From: a candidate division WOR-3 bacterium
Lineage (GTDB): Bacteria; Hydrothermota; Tepidihabitantia; Tepidihabitantales; Tepidihabitantaceae
NCBI GenBank assembly: GCA_965648935.1
Contig: CBFGIY010000015.1
Span: forward strand, 1-39,387
DNA: 39,387 nt
Direction: 5' to 3'
How positions within the stretch are numbered: position 1 is the stretch's first letter; every line of letters begins with the position of its first letter. The notes beneath the pieces are model-generated. The model made no database searches, was not told the DNA's origin, and was given only the letters and a program-made list of their open reading frames with translations. The position numbers and the translations under genes are program-made. Positions 17,746 through 25,763 of the stretch are shown here, in pieces.

Positions 17746-18579
17746 ATGGCGACCGGAGTTGACCCCAAGGACCAGCAAAGGCTTGATGCGAGCCTGGAGA
17801 AGATTCACAACCGCCTGCTGGTGTTTTCGGGCAAGGGCGGAGTGGGCAAGACGACCGTGGCCGTGAATCTCGCGGCCGGGCTGGCCCGCGCGGGCCTGCG
17901 CGTCGGCGTGCTCGATGCCGACCTGCACGGCCCGAACACGGCCAAGATGCTCGGCGTCGAGCGCACGCAGCCCGAGGTGGGCGAGTCGGGGCGGATGAAG
18001 CCGGCGACCAGCCCGGACGGCGTCAAGGTGATGTCGATGGCGATGCTGATGCCGACCGACGACGCGCCGGTGGTCTGGCGCGGGCCGATGAAGATGTCGG
18101 CCATCCGCCAGTTCATCACCGATGTCGACTGGGGCGAGCTCGACTGGCTGGTGATCGACTCGCCGCCCGGCACCGGCGACGAGCCGCTGACCGTGGCCCA
18201 GCTCATCCCGGCGACCGCGGCCGTGGTCGTGACAACGCCGCAGGCCGTGGCCCTGCTCGACTCGCGCAAGGCGCTCAACTTCGCGCAGCTGCTCAAGCTG
18301 CGCGTGGTCGGCGTGGTCGAGAACATGAGCGGCCTGGAGTGCCCGCACTGCGGCAAGGGCATCGACCTGTTCAAGCGCGACGGCGGCGCGCAGATGGCGC
18401 GGGCGATGCTCGTGCCGCTGCTCGGGCGCATTCCCATCGACCCGGCGATTGTCGACGGCGGCGACGAGGGCCGGCCGTTTGTCGTGGCCCGGCCTGATTC
18501 GGCCGCGGCCCGATCGATGGCCGAGATAGTCAGGAAAGTCATCGAGTTCGCGGCACCGCGGACACAGGAGGAGAAATGA
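17746..18579 (+). CDS. mrp: Mrp/NBP35 (ApbC) Fe-S cluster carrier ATPase
   Basis: SGKGGVGKTT, DADLHGP, WRGPMK, DSPPGTGD, ENMSGLECPHC. Confidence 0.93.
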   Translation: MATGVDPKDQQRLDASLEKIHNRLLVFSGKGGVGKTTVAVNLAAGLARAGLRVGVLDADLHGPNTAKMLGVERTQPEVGESGRMKPATSPDGVKVMSMAMLMPTDDAPVVWRGPMKMSAIRQFITDVDWGELDWLVIDSPPGTGDEPLTVAQLIPATAAVVVTTPQAVALLDSRKALNFAQLLKLRVVGVVENMSGLECPHCGKGIDLFKRDGGAQMARAMLVPLLGRIPIDPAIVDGGDEGRPFVVARPDSAAARSMAEIVRKVIEFAAPRTQEEK

Positions 18580-18953
18580 GTCCCGAAACGGCAACCGCAC
18601 AGACCAAGCCCAGGGTCGCGATATTCACCTTCTGCGAGAACCCGGGCTGCTTCGTTCACATGCTGCTCAACGCGATGGACATGAAACTGCGCGGCTGGGA
18701 CGTGAAGATAATCATCGAGGGCGACTCGACCAAGCTCGTATCGCTTCTGCGCAACGAGACCAAACCGGGCGCGGCCGAGTGGCGCAAGGCGCTCGCGCTC
18801 GGGCTGGTCGACTGCGTGTGCAAGGTATGCGCCGGCCGCAACGGCACCCTGCCCGCGGTCATCGAGCAGGGCCTGCGCACCTGCGACGAGATGGACGGGC
18901 ACCCGGCGATGGCCCGCTATATCGAGGCGGGATACCAGGTCATAACGCTGTAG
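18576..18953 (+). CDS. DsrE-like protein
   Basis: ATGA overlap with mrp; CFVHMLLNAMD, KIIIEG, CVCKVCA, GHPAM...GYQVITL. Confidence 0.75.
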   Translation: MSPETATAQTKPRVAIFTFCENPGCFVHMLLNAMDMKLRGWDVKIIIEGDSTKLVSLLRNETKPGAAEWRKALALGLVDCVCKVCAGRNGTLPAVIEQGLRTCDEMDGHPAMARYIEAGYQVITL

Positions 18954-18972
18954 GCGGCAAGCGAAGGCGGTC

Positions 18973-19620
18973 TTGGAGCCTTCTCCTTTCGATTCGCTCG
19001 CCGCGCGGTATGACGCGTGGTACGACGGCAAGGGCAGGACGGCCTTCGCCACCGAGCTGGCCGCGCTGCGGCCGCTCCTCGGAGGATTGCCCAGACCCTG
19101 GCTTGAGATAGGGGTGGGTACCGGCCGCTTCGCACAGGCGCTCGGCATCCCGCTGGGCATCGACCCGTCGGTCGAACTGCTCGCCCTCGCTCGCGCGCGC
19201 GGCATCGAGACCATCTACGGCGAGGGCGAGGAACTGCCTTTCAAGGCGGCAAGCTTCGGCACGGTGTTCCTGCTGACAACCTGGGAGTTCCTGACCGACC
19301 CGGCAAAGGTGCTCGCGCAGGTGCGGCTCGTGCTCAGGCCCGGCGGCAAGCTCGTCAACGCTTACCTCGACCGCGACGGGGAGTGGGCGAGAAGCTACAT
19401 TGAGAAGGGCCGGGCCGGGCACCCGCTGTTCAGCCGGGCGCGCTTCGACGACTACGATACGGTTCGGCGGCTGACCGAGGCTGCAGGACTGGTCGTCGAA
19501 CAGACGGTTTCGACGCTGTTTTGCGGGCCGCTCGAAGCGGCCAGAGTCGAAGAGCCGCGCCCGGGCTATCACAAGGGAGCGAGCTTCATCGTCATCGTCG
19601 CGGCCAGACCGGCGGAGTGA
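18973..19620 (+). CDS. Class I SAM-dependent methyltransferase
   Basis: LEIGVGTGRF, GIDPS, GEELPF, VLRPGG. Confidence 0.9.
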   Translation: MEPSPFDSLAARYDAWYDGKGRTAFATELAALRPLLGGLPRPWLEIGVGTGRFAQALGIPLGIDPSVELLALARARGIETIYGEGEELPFKAASFGTVFLLTTWEFLTDPAKVLAQVRLVLRPGGKLVNAYLDRDGEWARSYIEKGRAGHPLFSRARFDDYDTVRRLTEAAGLVVEQTVSTLFCGPLEAARVEEPRPGYHKGASFIVIVAARPAE

Positions 19621-20018
19621 AAAGTCCGGGGTGAAGGCCGGCCGCACAGACCGCGCAGGGCTTCAGGACGCGGAAAACGCACCGACACTTAGCGCACTGC
19701 GACCGGGTCGAGTTCTGATTTCTTCAAGTGAGGGATTCTGTCAGCGACGGAGAGGCCGGTTGTTGTGCTGATCTCGACACCAGGTATGCTAACAAATTGA
19801 CCGACCTGGGCTTAAGCCGTCTCGGTACCGACTGAACGATCCGCCGGGGGAACGGCTCCCCCAGCGGTTTGTGGCTTCAACTCAAGCGTGAACCTCTGTC
19901 AGACAATAGCGCCAATCGTGATATACTGATATGGCGTAAGTTGTCGTTCAGCCGGCGCACCCTGCAGTCGTCTGGCGGTGGTTCCAGCTCGGTGCTTGCA
20001 CGCGGAGAGACTGACGCG

Positions 20019-20045
20019 CGGCGGCGGGCTCATCGCCCGCCGCCG
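20019..20045. terminator. GC-rich hairpin, probable terminator for the minus-strand fibre operon
   Basis: CGGCGGCGGGC-TCATC-GCCCGCCGCCG; no clear U tract. Confidence 0.5.
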
Positions 20046-20117
20046 TCAAACAGGTCGCGTGTCCTGCCCGGCGGCCGGGCTGCGCGTCGGTGCCGCGCCG
20101 CCGGGGCTTTCTTCCCG

Positions 20118-20645
20118 CTAACGCGCCAGCGTGACCCGCCCGGTCTGGCGCACCTCGCCCGCCACGAGCCGCACGAAGTAGACGCCCGCGGCAAGGCCGC
20201 GGCCCTGCGCGTCGCGGCCGTCCCAGGTCACCGCGCCGTCAGGAGTCGGCCTGCCGCCCACTTCCCAGGCGCGCACAACCCGGCCGGTCCGGTCGTACAC
20301 GCACAGCGTCGCCGCGCCGGCATCGGCCAGGGCAAACCGCAGCGCGGTGTGCGCGCGGAACACGCTCGGCCGCGCCGGGCGCAGTTCGGTGCAGGCCCCC
20401 GCGGCGCCGGGCTGCCGGGCCGCCTCGCGCACGCCGACCTGCAGGTCGGTCAGCCAGAACCCGATGAGCGCGGAGTAGGCCGCGCCGGCGAGCGTGCCGG
20501 ACGCGGTCTGGCCCGCGGTGACCCCGGCGCGATGGGCCGGGCCGGACATCTCGCCGCCGCCTGAGCCGACCACGCTCCAGTCACAGCGGTAAGTCTGGGC
20601 AGACGCCAGCGTCGCCACGACCGCAACCAATGCGATGGCTTTCAT
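20118..20645 (-). CDS. Small secreted Gly-rich protein with FlgD-Ig/T9SS-like CTD (fibre partner)
   Basis: Signal peptide; DWSVVGSGGG...TAGQ...GFW domain; VYDRTGRVVR...WDGRDAQG...AAGVYFVRL; starts 3 nt after the fibre stop. Confidence 0.8.
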   Translation of the reverse strand: MKAIALVAVVATLASAQTYRCDWSVVGSGGGEMSGPAHRAGVTAGQTASGTLAGAAYSALIGFWLTDLQVGVREAARQPGAAGACTELRPARPSVFRAHTALRFALADAGAATLCVYDRTGRVVRAWEVGGRPTPDGAVTWDGRDAQGRGLAAGVYFVRLVAGEVRQTGRVTLAR

Positions 20646-20648
20646 TGT

Positions 20649-22331
20649 CTACCTCCGTTCGATCGAGGCCTTCAGCGCCTCGATTTCGGCCATCATCTGC
20701 CGGTTCTGGTCAGACAGCTCGCGGTTCTGTTCGTACAGGGCCTGGACCGCGGCGAAGAGGACGCCGTCGGCGTCGGCCATGTTGATGGTGGTGTTGTTTT
20801 CGCCGACCCCGAATGCGGCCGCGAAGTCCTGCGCCACCGGCCCGATGTGGCGCGTGCCGTCGTCCTGGTCGCGCATCTTGTAGTTGCGCACGCGCAGGGC
20901 GGCAAGCTTCTGCAGTACCTCCTGCCGGTCAACCGCGCGGAAGTCTTCCTTGTTGAGGCTGTCGCAGGTCGAGGCCCAGGCATTGGAGTTGGATGCGAGC
21001 GTCACGCCGGTGGTCTGGTTGCCGTTGGAGTAGAACCAGGTGCCGCCGCGGGCGCGGACCCGGAACTGGTTGGCGTTGGTCGTGTACACGGTTTCGGCCT
21101 CGGTCATCGCCGAGTCGCTCCAGACGAAAGAGCCGCGGTGGTTGGCCCGGGCGTAGTAGCCGGCCGCAAGGCTGTGAGTGCCCCGGACTATGTTCCTCTC
21201 GCCGCCCGGCACCACGGCCTTGTGGGCCAGAGCCTCGTTGTCGATCCCGCAGCCGACCGCGGAGTAGCTGCCCCACGCCCGATTCTGCGCCCCGCCGCCG
21301 ACGAACGACGACGAGCCGCTCGCAGTGTTTTCCGAGCCGCCGCCGACCACGGAGAGAGCGCCGCTGGCGGTATTGACCTGCCCGCCGACGACCGTGGAGG
21401 CGGAGTTGCTAGAGGTGTTGGTTGAACCGCCGCCGATAGTGGCGCGCTCACCGGTTGCCCTGTTGTTCCAGCCGCCGCTGACCGTGGCCCACCGGGCGCT
21501 TGCCTTGTTGCCCAGCCCGCCATTCACCGCGGCGTAGGGGTTGTTCTGCCCGCTGACCCCGGTGGTGCAGGCGATGCCGAGATTCACGAATGATGACTTG
21601 GTCGAGTCGAGGCCGTACAGCACATTGCCCGCCCCGCCCCGCACGATGCCCAGCCGGTTCACCGTGTAGAGCACGCTGTCCGAAGGCGTGGCCCGCACCC
21701 AGGTGTTCGCCCCGCCGCCGCCGATGCTGTCGTTGCGCGGCGCCCAGGCCGAGCCGGTCCACTTCAGCACCTGCCCGCTCGCCGCGCCCATCTGGTTCAG
21801 GTCGGCCGCGCCGATGGTGGCGTCGACGATCATCGCCGAGGTGATGGAGTTGGCCTGGGCCGAGCGGACAAACCCGGTCGTGTCCTTGCCCTGCAGCAGG
21901 TCGGCGCCCGCCGCACGGCCGGAAAGATACGCATAGGCCGCGCTGGCAATGCGCAGCCGCGGGGTCAGTTCCGCCCCGCCGGAAACCGCCATCCCCAGAT
22001 ACACGCTGCCCCCATCCGGCATCGAGCCGACGGGCGTGACCGAGCCGAGCAGGGTCGAGAACAGCCCGTTTCTGGTCCGCACCGTCTGGGTCTCGGTCCA
22101 GAACGCGGTGCCGCCCGAGGCCTGGGTGTAGAGCCGGAACAAAACAGAGTAGGTGGTGTCAGGCACCGGGTTGCCGGAGTTGTCGGTCAGCTTGCCCTGG
22201 TATGAGAGCAGTTGCGGTATCGTGATGGCGTCGGTCTGAGCGGTCACGGCAGGGGTCGCCGCGGCCGGCAGATCGCTCTGCGCAAACGCGCAGACACAGA
22301 GCAGCGCCATCAGCATTGCGGTTGTCTTCAC
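20649..22331 (-). CDS. Secreted tail-fibre-like trimeric adhesin with S74 intramolecular chaperone
   Basis: GTG after GAGGAGG; signal peptide; LSYQGKLTD...PRLRIASAAYA N-domain; GQVLKWTGSAWAP; eight 15-aa GG-x-x-N repeats; HIGPVAQDF...AAVQAL plus coiled coil. Confidence 0.85.
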   Translation of the reverse strand: MKTTAMLMALLCVCAFAQSDLPAAATPAVTAQTDAITIPQLLSYQGKLTDNSGNPVPDTTYSVLFRLYTQASGGTAFWTETQTVRTRNGLFSTLLGSVTPVGSMPDGGSVYLGMAVSGGAELTPRLRIASAAYAYLSGRAAGADLLQGKDTTGFVRSAQANSITSAMIVDATIGAADLNQMGAASGQVLKWTGSAWAPRNDSIGGGGANTWVRATPSDSVLYTVNRLGIVRGGAGNVLYGLDSTKSSFVNLGIACTTGVSGQNNPYAAVNGGLGNKASARWATVSGGWNNRATGERATIGGGSTNTSSNSASTVVGGQVNTASGALSVVGGGSENTASGSSSFVGGGAQNRAWGSYSAVGCGIDNEALAHKAVVPGGERNIVRGTHSLAAGYYARANHRGSFVWSDSAMTEAETVYTTNANQFRVRARGGTWFYSNGNQTTGVTLASNSNAWASTCDSLNKEDFRAVDRQEVLQKLAALRVRNYKMRDQDDGTRHIGPVAQDFAAAFGVGENNTTINMADADGVLFAAVQALYEQNRELSDQNRQMMAEIEALKASIERR

Positions 22332-22418
22332 GGGTCCTCCTCGGGTCGTGGCGGGCGTTTCGACGGACAACTTGCGGCTGGCCAATGGTCAGTCCCGGCC
22401 GCTGTCAGGCTGACACAG

Positions 22419-22446
22419 ATAGTAGCGTCTGGAAACGCCAAGTCCA
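22419..22446 (-). promoter_or_regulatory. Promoter TGGACT-16-TACTAT for the fibre operon
   Basis: Matches the window-wide spacing; a TGTCAG-G-CTGACA palindrome lies just downstream. Confidence 0.5.
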
Positions 22447-22467
22447 CGATTACCGTTGTCAAGAGCG

Positions 22468-22494
22468 CGCCGGGGCGGCAGAGCCGCCCCGGCG
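22468..22494 (-). terminator. Hairpin terminator after the SBBP/propeller gene
   Basis: 12-bp perfect stem CGCCGGGGCGGC/GCCGCCCCGGCG. Confidence 0.6.
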
Positions 22495-22514
22495 GGTAGG
22501 TGGCCGGTGAACAG

Positions 22515-25364
22515 CTACTCGACAACCAGTTTGCGGGTCAGGTTCGCGCCGCCGGTGACGCGGAGGAGGTAGACGCCGGGAGAGAGAGGAATGTCGAAAG
22601 TCGCTTGCCGATTGTCGAGGGTCCGGCGGTGGGCAAGGCGGCCAGAGGCGTCGTACAGGGTCAATGTCGAACTGCGACTGCCGATTGGCGATTGCCAGCG
22701 GATAGTGACAGAGCCGCGGGAAGGATTGGAGAGAACCGCCAATCGCTGATTGCCGATTTCCGATCTGCCCTGCATGCCGTTCATGCCGGGCTGCGCCAGT
22801 CGGCCGGCGATGAGCATCCCCGGTTCGTAGCGCCAGAACTCCATCGTCTTGTTGCCTTTGAGCGCCCAGGCCGCGCCGCCCGCATAGCAGATTGCGCCGC
22901 CCGCCTTGGTGTAGCGGCCCGAGGGCAGGGTCGGCATCGGGTCGAGCGCGGTCCAGGTGCGCGCCTCGGGCCAGTAACACCAGAGGTCGGCGGTCCCGCC
23001 CTTGAGCGCGTAAATGCGGTCGCCGGCAAAGGCGATGCTGGTGCCGGCCTTGGCCTTGCGCCGGCCACCGACCGGGCCGAACATCGGCATCGGCTCAAGC
23101 GTTTCCCAGGTGCCTTGATCGGGTAGATAGCGGTAGAACTCGTTTGTGCCGCCCTTGAGCACCCAGACCGCGCCATTGCCACAGGTGCTGGCGCTGCCGT
23201 CGGACAGGCCCTTGCTCGTTCCGCCGGGCGGCACGTCCGGGCACTGCAGCCAGGAGTCGGCCGCGACCCGGTACGCCCAGAACTCGTTCGACCGGTTGCC
23301 CTTGAGCGCGTACACCCGTGCTTCACCCGAGTCCGTGATGCCGAACGCCAGCCCGGCACCGCCCTTCGGTTTCTTGCGGCTCGGGCCAAGTGGCACGTCG
23401 GCCAGAGCTCGCCAGGAGTCGCCCGCGATGCAATAGCGCCAGAACTCCTGGGTGTTGTTGCCCTTGAGCGCGTAGACCGAGGAATCATCGGCCGCGAGCG
23501 CGCCGCCCTTCTTCACCGACTTGCGCCGCGCCGGATTGACGCCCAGTGTTTCGAGACGAGCCCAGGTGTCGGCCGCGATGTCGAAGCGGTAGAACTCGCC
23601 GGTGTTGTTGCCCTTGAGCGCCCAGATGCACTCGCGGTCGGCGACGCGGCCGGCGCAGAGCGCGCCGCCGTCCTTGACCGGCCGGGCGCGCAGGCCGCCG
23701 GGCAGGTCGCGTCGCTGGTTCCAGCCGGGCAGCGATGTCCAGGCCAAGGTGAACGCGGCCTCGGCCGCGTCGTTGGCCGGATTCAAGTCGCCGGCCAGCA
23801 CGGTGGAGCAGCGCAGCGCATAGCTGCCCTGGCCTAGGGTGAGCGTGCCGAACCGGACAGTGGTTTCTATGTCGGGCCCGAGCTCATTCACGACCGTCGA
23901 ATCGCGCCAGGTCACCTGCTCGCCGTCAAACACCGTCGCGTACACCGTGAAGCTCGCGGGCCGGACCCCGCAGTTGCGCACCCGGGCGGTCGGCACGAGC
24001 GGCATCGGCGGGAGGGTGTCGCGCGGCGCGACGAGGTCGAGCACCGCGGCATCGACCTCCGGGCACTTCATCGTGAACCAGTCGTTGTTGGCGCTGGTGC
24101 GGCTGTAGCCGGCGGCGTGGAACGTGCCGGGCCTGCCCGCCGCGACTGCCACCGCGGCGTCGTCGCCGCCGGCCGGCCCGTCGTAGGTCACGGCCCAGAG
24201 CTCCTCGCCGTCGGGCGAGTAGACGACCACCCGCGCGTCGCGGCTCGACCCGGTGCTGAATCCGGCGACATAGCAGTTGCCGGCCCGGTCGAGCGCCAGC
24301 GCCGCGGCGCTGTCGTTGCCGCCGCCCGGCCCGTTGTGGCGCCGGGTCCAAAGCGTTTCGCCGTCCGGGCTGTACTTGATTGTCAGGTAGTCCCACCCGG
24401 TTGCGCCGGCCGAGAACCCGGTGACCCAGCCGTTGCCCGCGCTGTCAATGACCAGCGCGGACGGAACGTCGGCGCCGCTGCCCGCGTTGCCATAGCGCGC
24501 GGTCCAGAGCCGCTGGCCGGTCGGGCTGTACTTGATCGTGGTGTAGTCAAGGCCGGTGCCGCTGCCCTGGCTGGCACCGGTCACCCATACGTTGCCGGCC
24601 GGGTCGAGGGCCAGCGCGGTGGCGTAGTCGTTGCGCCCGGCCGGCCCGTTGTAGCGCCGGGCCCAACTCAGCGCCCCGTTCGGGGTCAGCTTCGCCACGA
24701 GGAAGTCGTGTTCGGTTGAGACAGCGGTGTCGCGCACCCGGCCGCAGATGTAGCTGTTGCGCGCGGCGTCGAGCGCGAGCGCGACCGCGCCTGAGGCCGA
24801 GTCGCCGCCGGGCAGGGTCACTGCCCGCGCCCATATCTGCAGGCCGACCCGGTTGTACTTCACGGTCAGGGCCTGAGAGCCGGCATCCATCTGCGCGGTG
24901 CCGGTGACGTAGACGTTGCCCGAGTCGTCGGCCGCGACCGCGGCGGCGCGGTCTTCGCCGTTGGCCGGCCCGCTGTAGCGCCGGGTCCAGAGCGTCTCGC
25001 CGGTCAGGCAGTTGATCTGGACAGTGTAGTAATCGGGCGCGCCGACCGTGGCGTAGCCGGTTGCGACTATGTTGCCCCGGCCGTCGAAAGCCAGGGCCCG
25101 CGCTTCATCGTTGTTGGAGCCAGAGCTTGTCAGCCGCACCAGCCAGAGCGAGTCACCCGCCGATGAGTACTTGCGTACCGCGAAGTCGCGGCCCGCGCCG
25201 CCGACATATCCGGCGACATAGCAGGCGCCGGCGCTGTCCAGCGCGAGGGCCGCCGCCCGGTCGTGACCGTTCGCCGTTCCGTTGTAACGCCGCACCCACT
25301 CGATGCCCTGTGCCGCGCCGGCGCAGAGCACGAGCACAGACAGAACCTTCGCTGTCGCACGCAT
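22515..25364 (-). CDS. Secreted SBBP-repeat propeller + Ig-like domain + Lys-rich Kelch-like propeller + T9SS-like CTD
   Basis: ATG after GGGAGGA gives signal peptide MRATAKVLSVLVLCAGAAQG; repeats W.RRYNG...D.A.ALALD..GN.YV.G; LKGNNT.EFWRY repeats; YDASGR...GVY...KLVVE. Confidence 0.85.
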   Translation of the reverse strand: MRATAKVLSVLVLCAGAAQGIEWVRRYNGTANGHDRAAALALDSAGACYVAGYVGGAGRDFAVRKYSSAGDSLWLVRLTSSGSNNDEARALAFDGRGNIVATGYATVGAPDYYTVQINCLTGETLWTRRYSGPANGEDRAAAVAADDSGNVYVTGTAQMDAGSQALTVKYNRVGLQIWARAVTLPGGDSASGAVALALDAARNSYICGRVRDTAVSTEHDFLVAKLTPNGALSWARRYNGPAGRNDYATALALDPAGNVWVTGASQGSGTGLDYTTIKYSPTGQRLWTARYGNAGSGADVPSALVIDSAGNGWVTGFSAGATGWDYLTIKYSPDGETLWTRRHNGPGGGNDSAAALALDRAGNCYVAGFSTGSSRDARVVVYSPDGEELWAVTYDGPAGGDDAAVAVAAGRPGTFHAAGYSRTSANNDWFTMKCPEVDAAVLDLVAPRDTLPPMPLVPTARVRNCGVRPASFTVYATVFDGEQVTWRDSTVVNELGPDIETTVRFGTLTLGQGSYALRCSTVLAGDLNPANDAAEAAFTLAWTSLPGWNQRRDLPGGLRARPVKDGGALCAGRVADRECIWALKGNNTGEFYRFDIAADTWARLETLGVNPARRKSVKKGGALAADDSSVYALKGNNTQEFWRYCIAGDSWRALADVPLGPSRKKPKGGAGLAFGITDSGEARVYALKGNRSNEFWAYRVAADSWLQCPDVPPGGTSKGLSDGSASTCGNGAVWVLKGGTNEFYRYLPDQGTWETLEPMPMFGPVGGRRKAKAGTSIAFAGDRIYALKGGTADLWCYWPEARTWTALDPMPTLPSGRYTKAGGAICYAGGAAWALKGNKTMEFWRYEPGMLIAGRLAQPGMNGMQGRSEIGNQRLAVLSNPSRGSVTIRWQSPIGSRSSTLTLYDASGRLAHRRTLDNRQATFDIPLSPGVYLLRVTGGANLTRKLVVE
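22590..22769. repeat. Three degenerate 7-bp arrays (consensus about ATTGYCG) inside coding sequence
   Basis: 22590-22617 (4 units), 22663-22697 (5 units), 22735-22769 (5 units). Confidence 0.7.
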
Positions 25365-25654
25365 TGCCGTTCCTCCCGATGACCCGGTCCGGCGGCCGCC
25401 ACACGCTGCCGTTCTGAGCCTGTACTGCCGCTGAATTGCCGAAAGAAGGGATTCAGACCGCCAACCGATGGCCGGGTCGGGCCGCTCGCCCGCGGCCGAG
25501 AGCCGCCGCACCGGTTCACAAGGCGCGGCCAGCGTTTCGCGAAGCAAAGAACCAGATCGCGCCATGCTCGCTCCTTTGGGCCCGCCGCCATGCCAGGGGC
25601 GGACCGCGCAGTCAGGCTGCATCTCTGCCGGTCAAACCTCAACCAGTCACATTA

Positions 25655-25683
25655 ATTATACCGCATTCGGGATGATGGGTCAA
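25655..25683 (-). promoter_or_regulatory. Promoter TTGACC-17-TATAAT with a ~290-nt leader
   Basis: Near-perfect consensus downstream of a terminator. Confidence 0.75.
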
Positions 25684-25709
25684 ACTGCCGGGCCGACGCG
25701 GCATCAGGC

Positions 25710-25741
25710 AAAGCGGCGGGCGGCCCGAGGGCCGCCCGCCG
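25710..25741 (-). terminator. Intrinsic terminator
   Basis: CGGCGGGCGGCCC/GGGCCGCCCGCCG stem plus CTTT on the minus strand. Confidence 0.7.
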
Positions 25742-25763
25742 TGCCTATCCGCCTCTGTGGTCC

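Noticed and set aside
19830..19870. c-di-AMP riboswitch-like CTGAAC...GGGGGAAC
   Set aside because: Downstream conserved elements are missing and no gene lies downstream in the sense orientation
19770..19945. dif site or oriC in the convergent intergenic region
   Set aside because: GTATGCTAACA only loosely resembles a XerD arm, with no XerC arm; no DnaA boxes seen
19869..20564. 231-aa plus-strand ORF
   Set aside because: No SD, Arg/Ala/Gly low-complexity product, antisense to a real gene
20649..22331. Prophage or tailocin
   Set aside because: The fibre has a Sec signal peptide and there are no capsid, baseplate, sheath, integrase or lysis genes nearby
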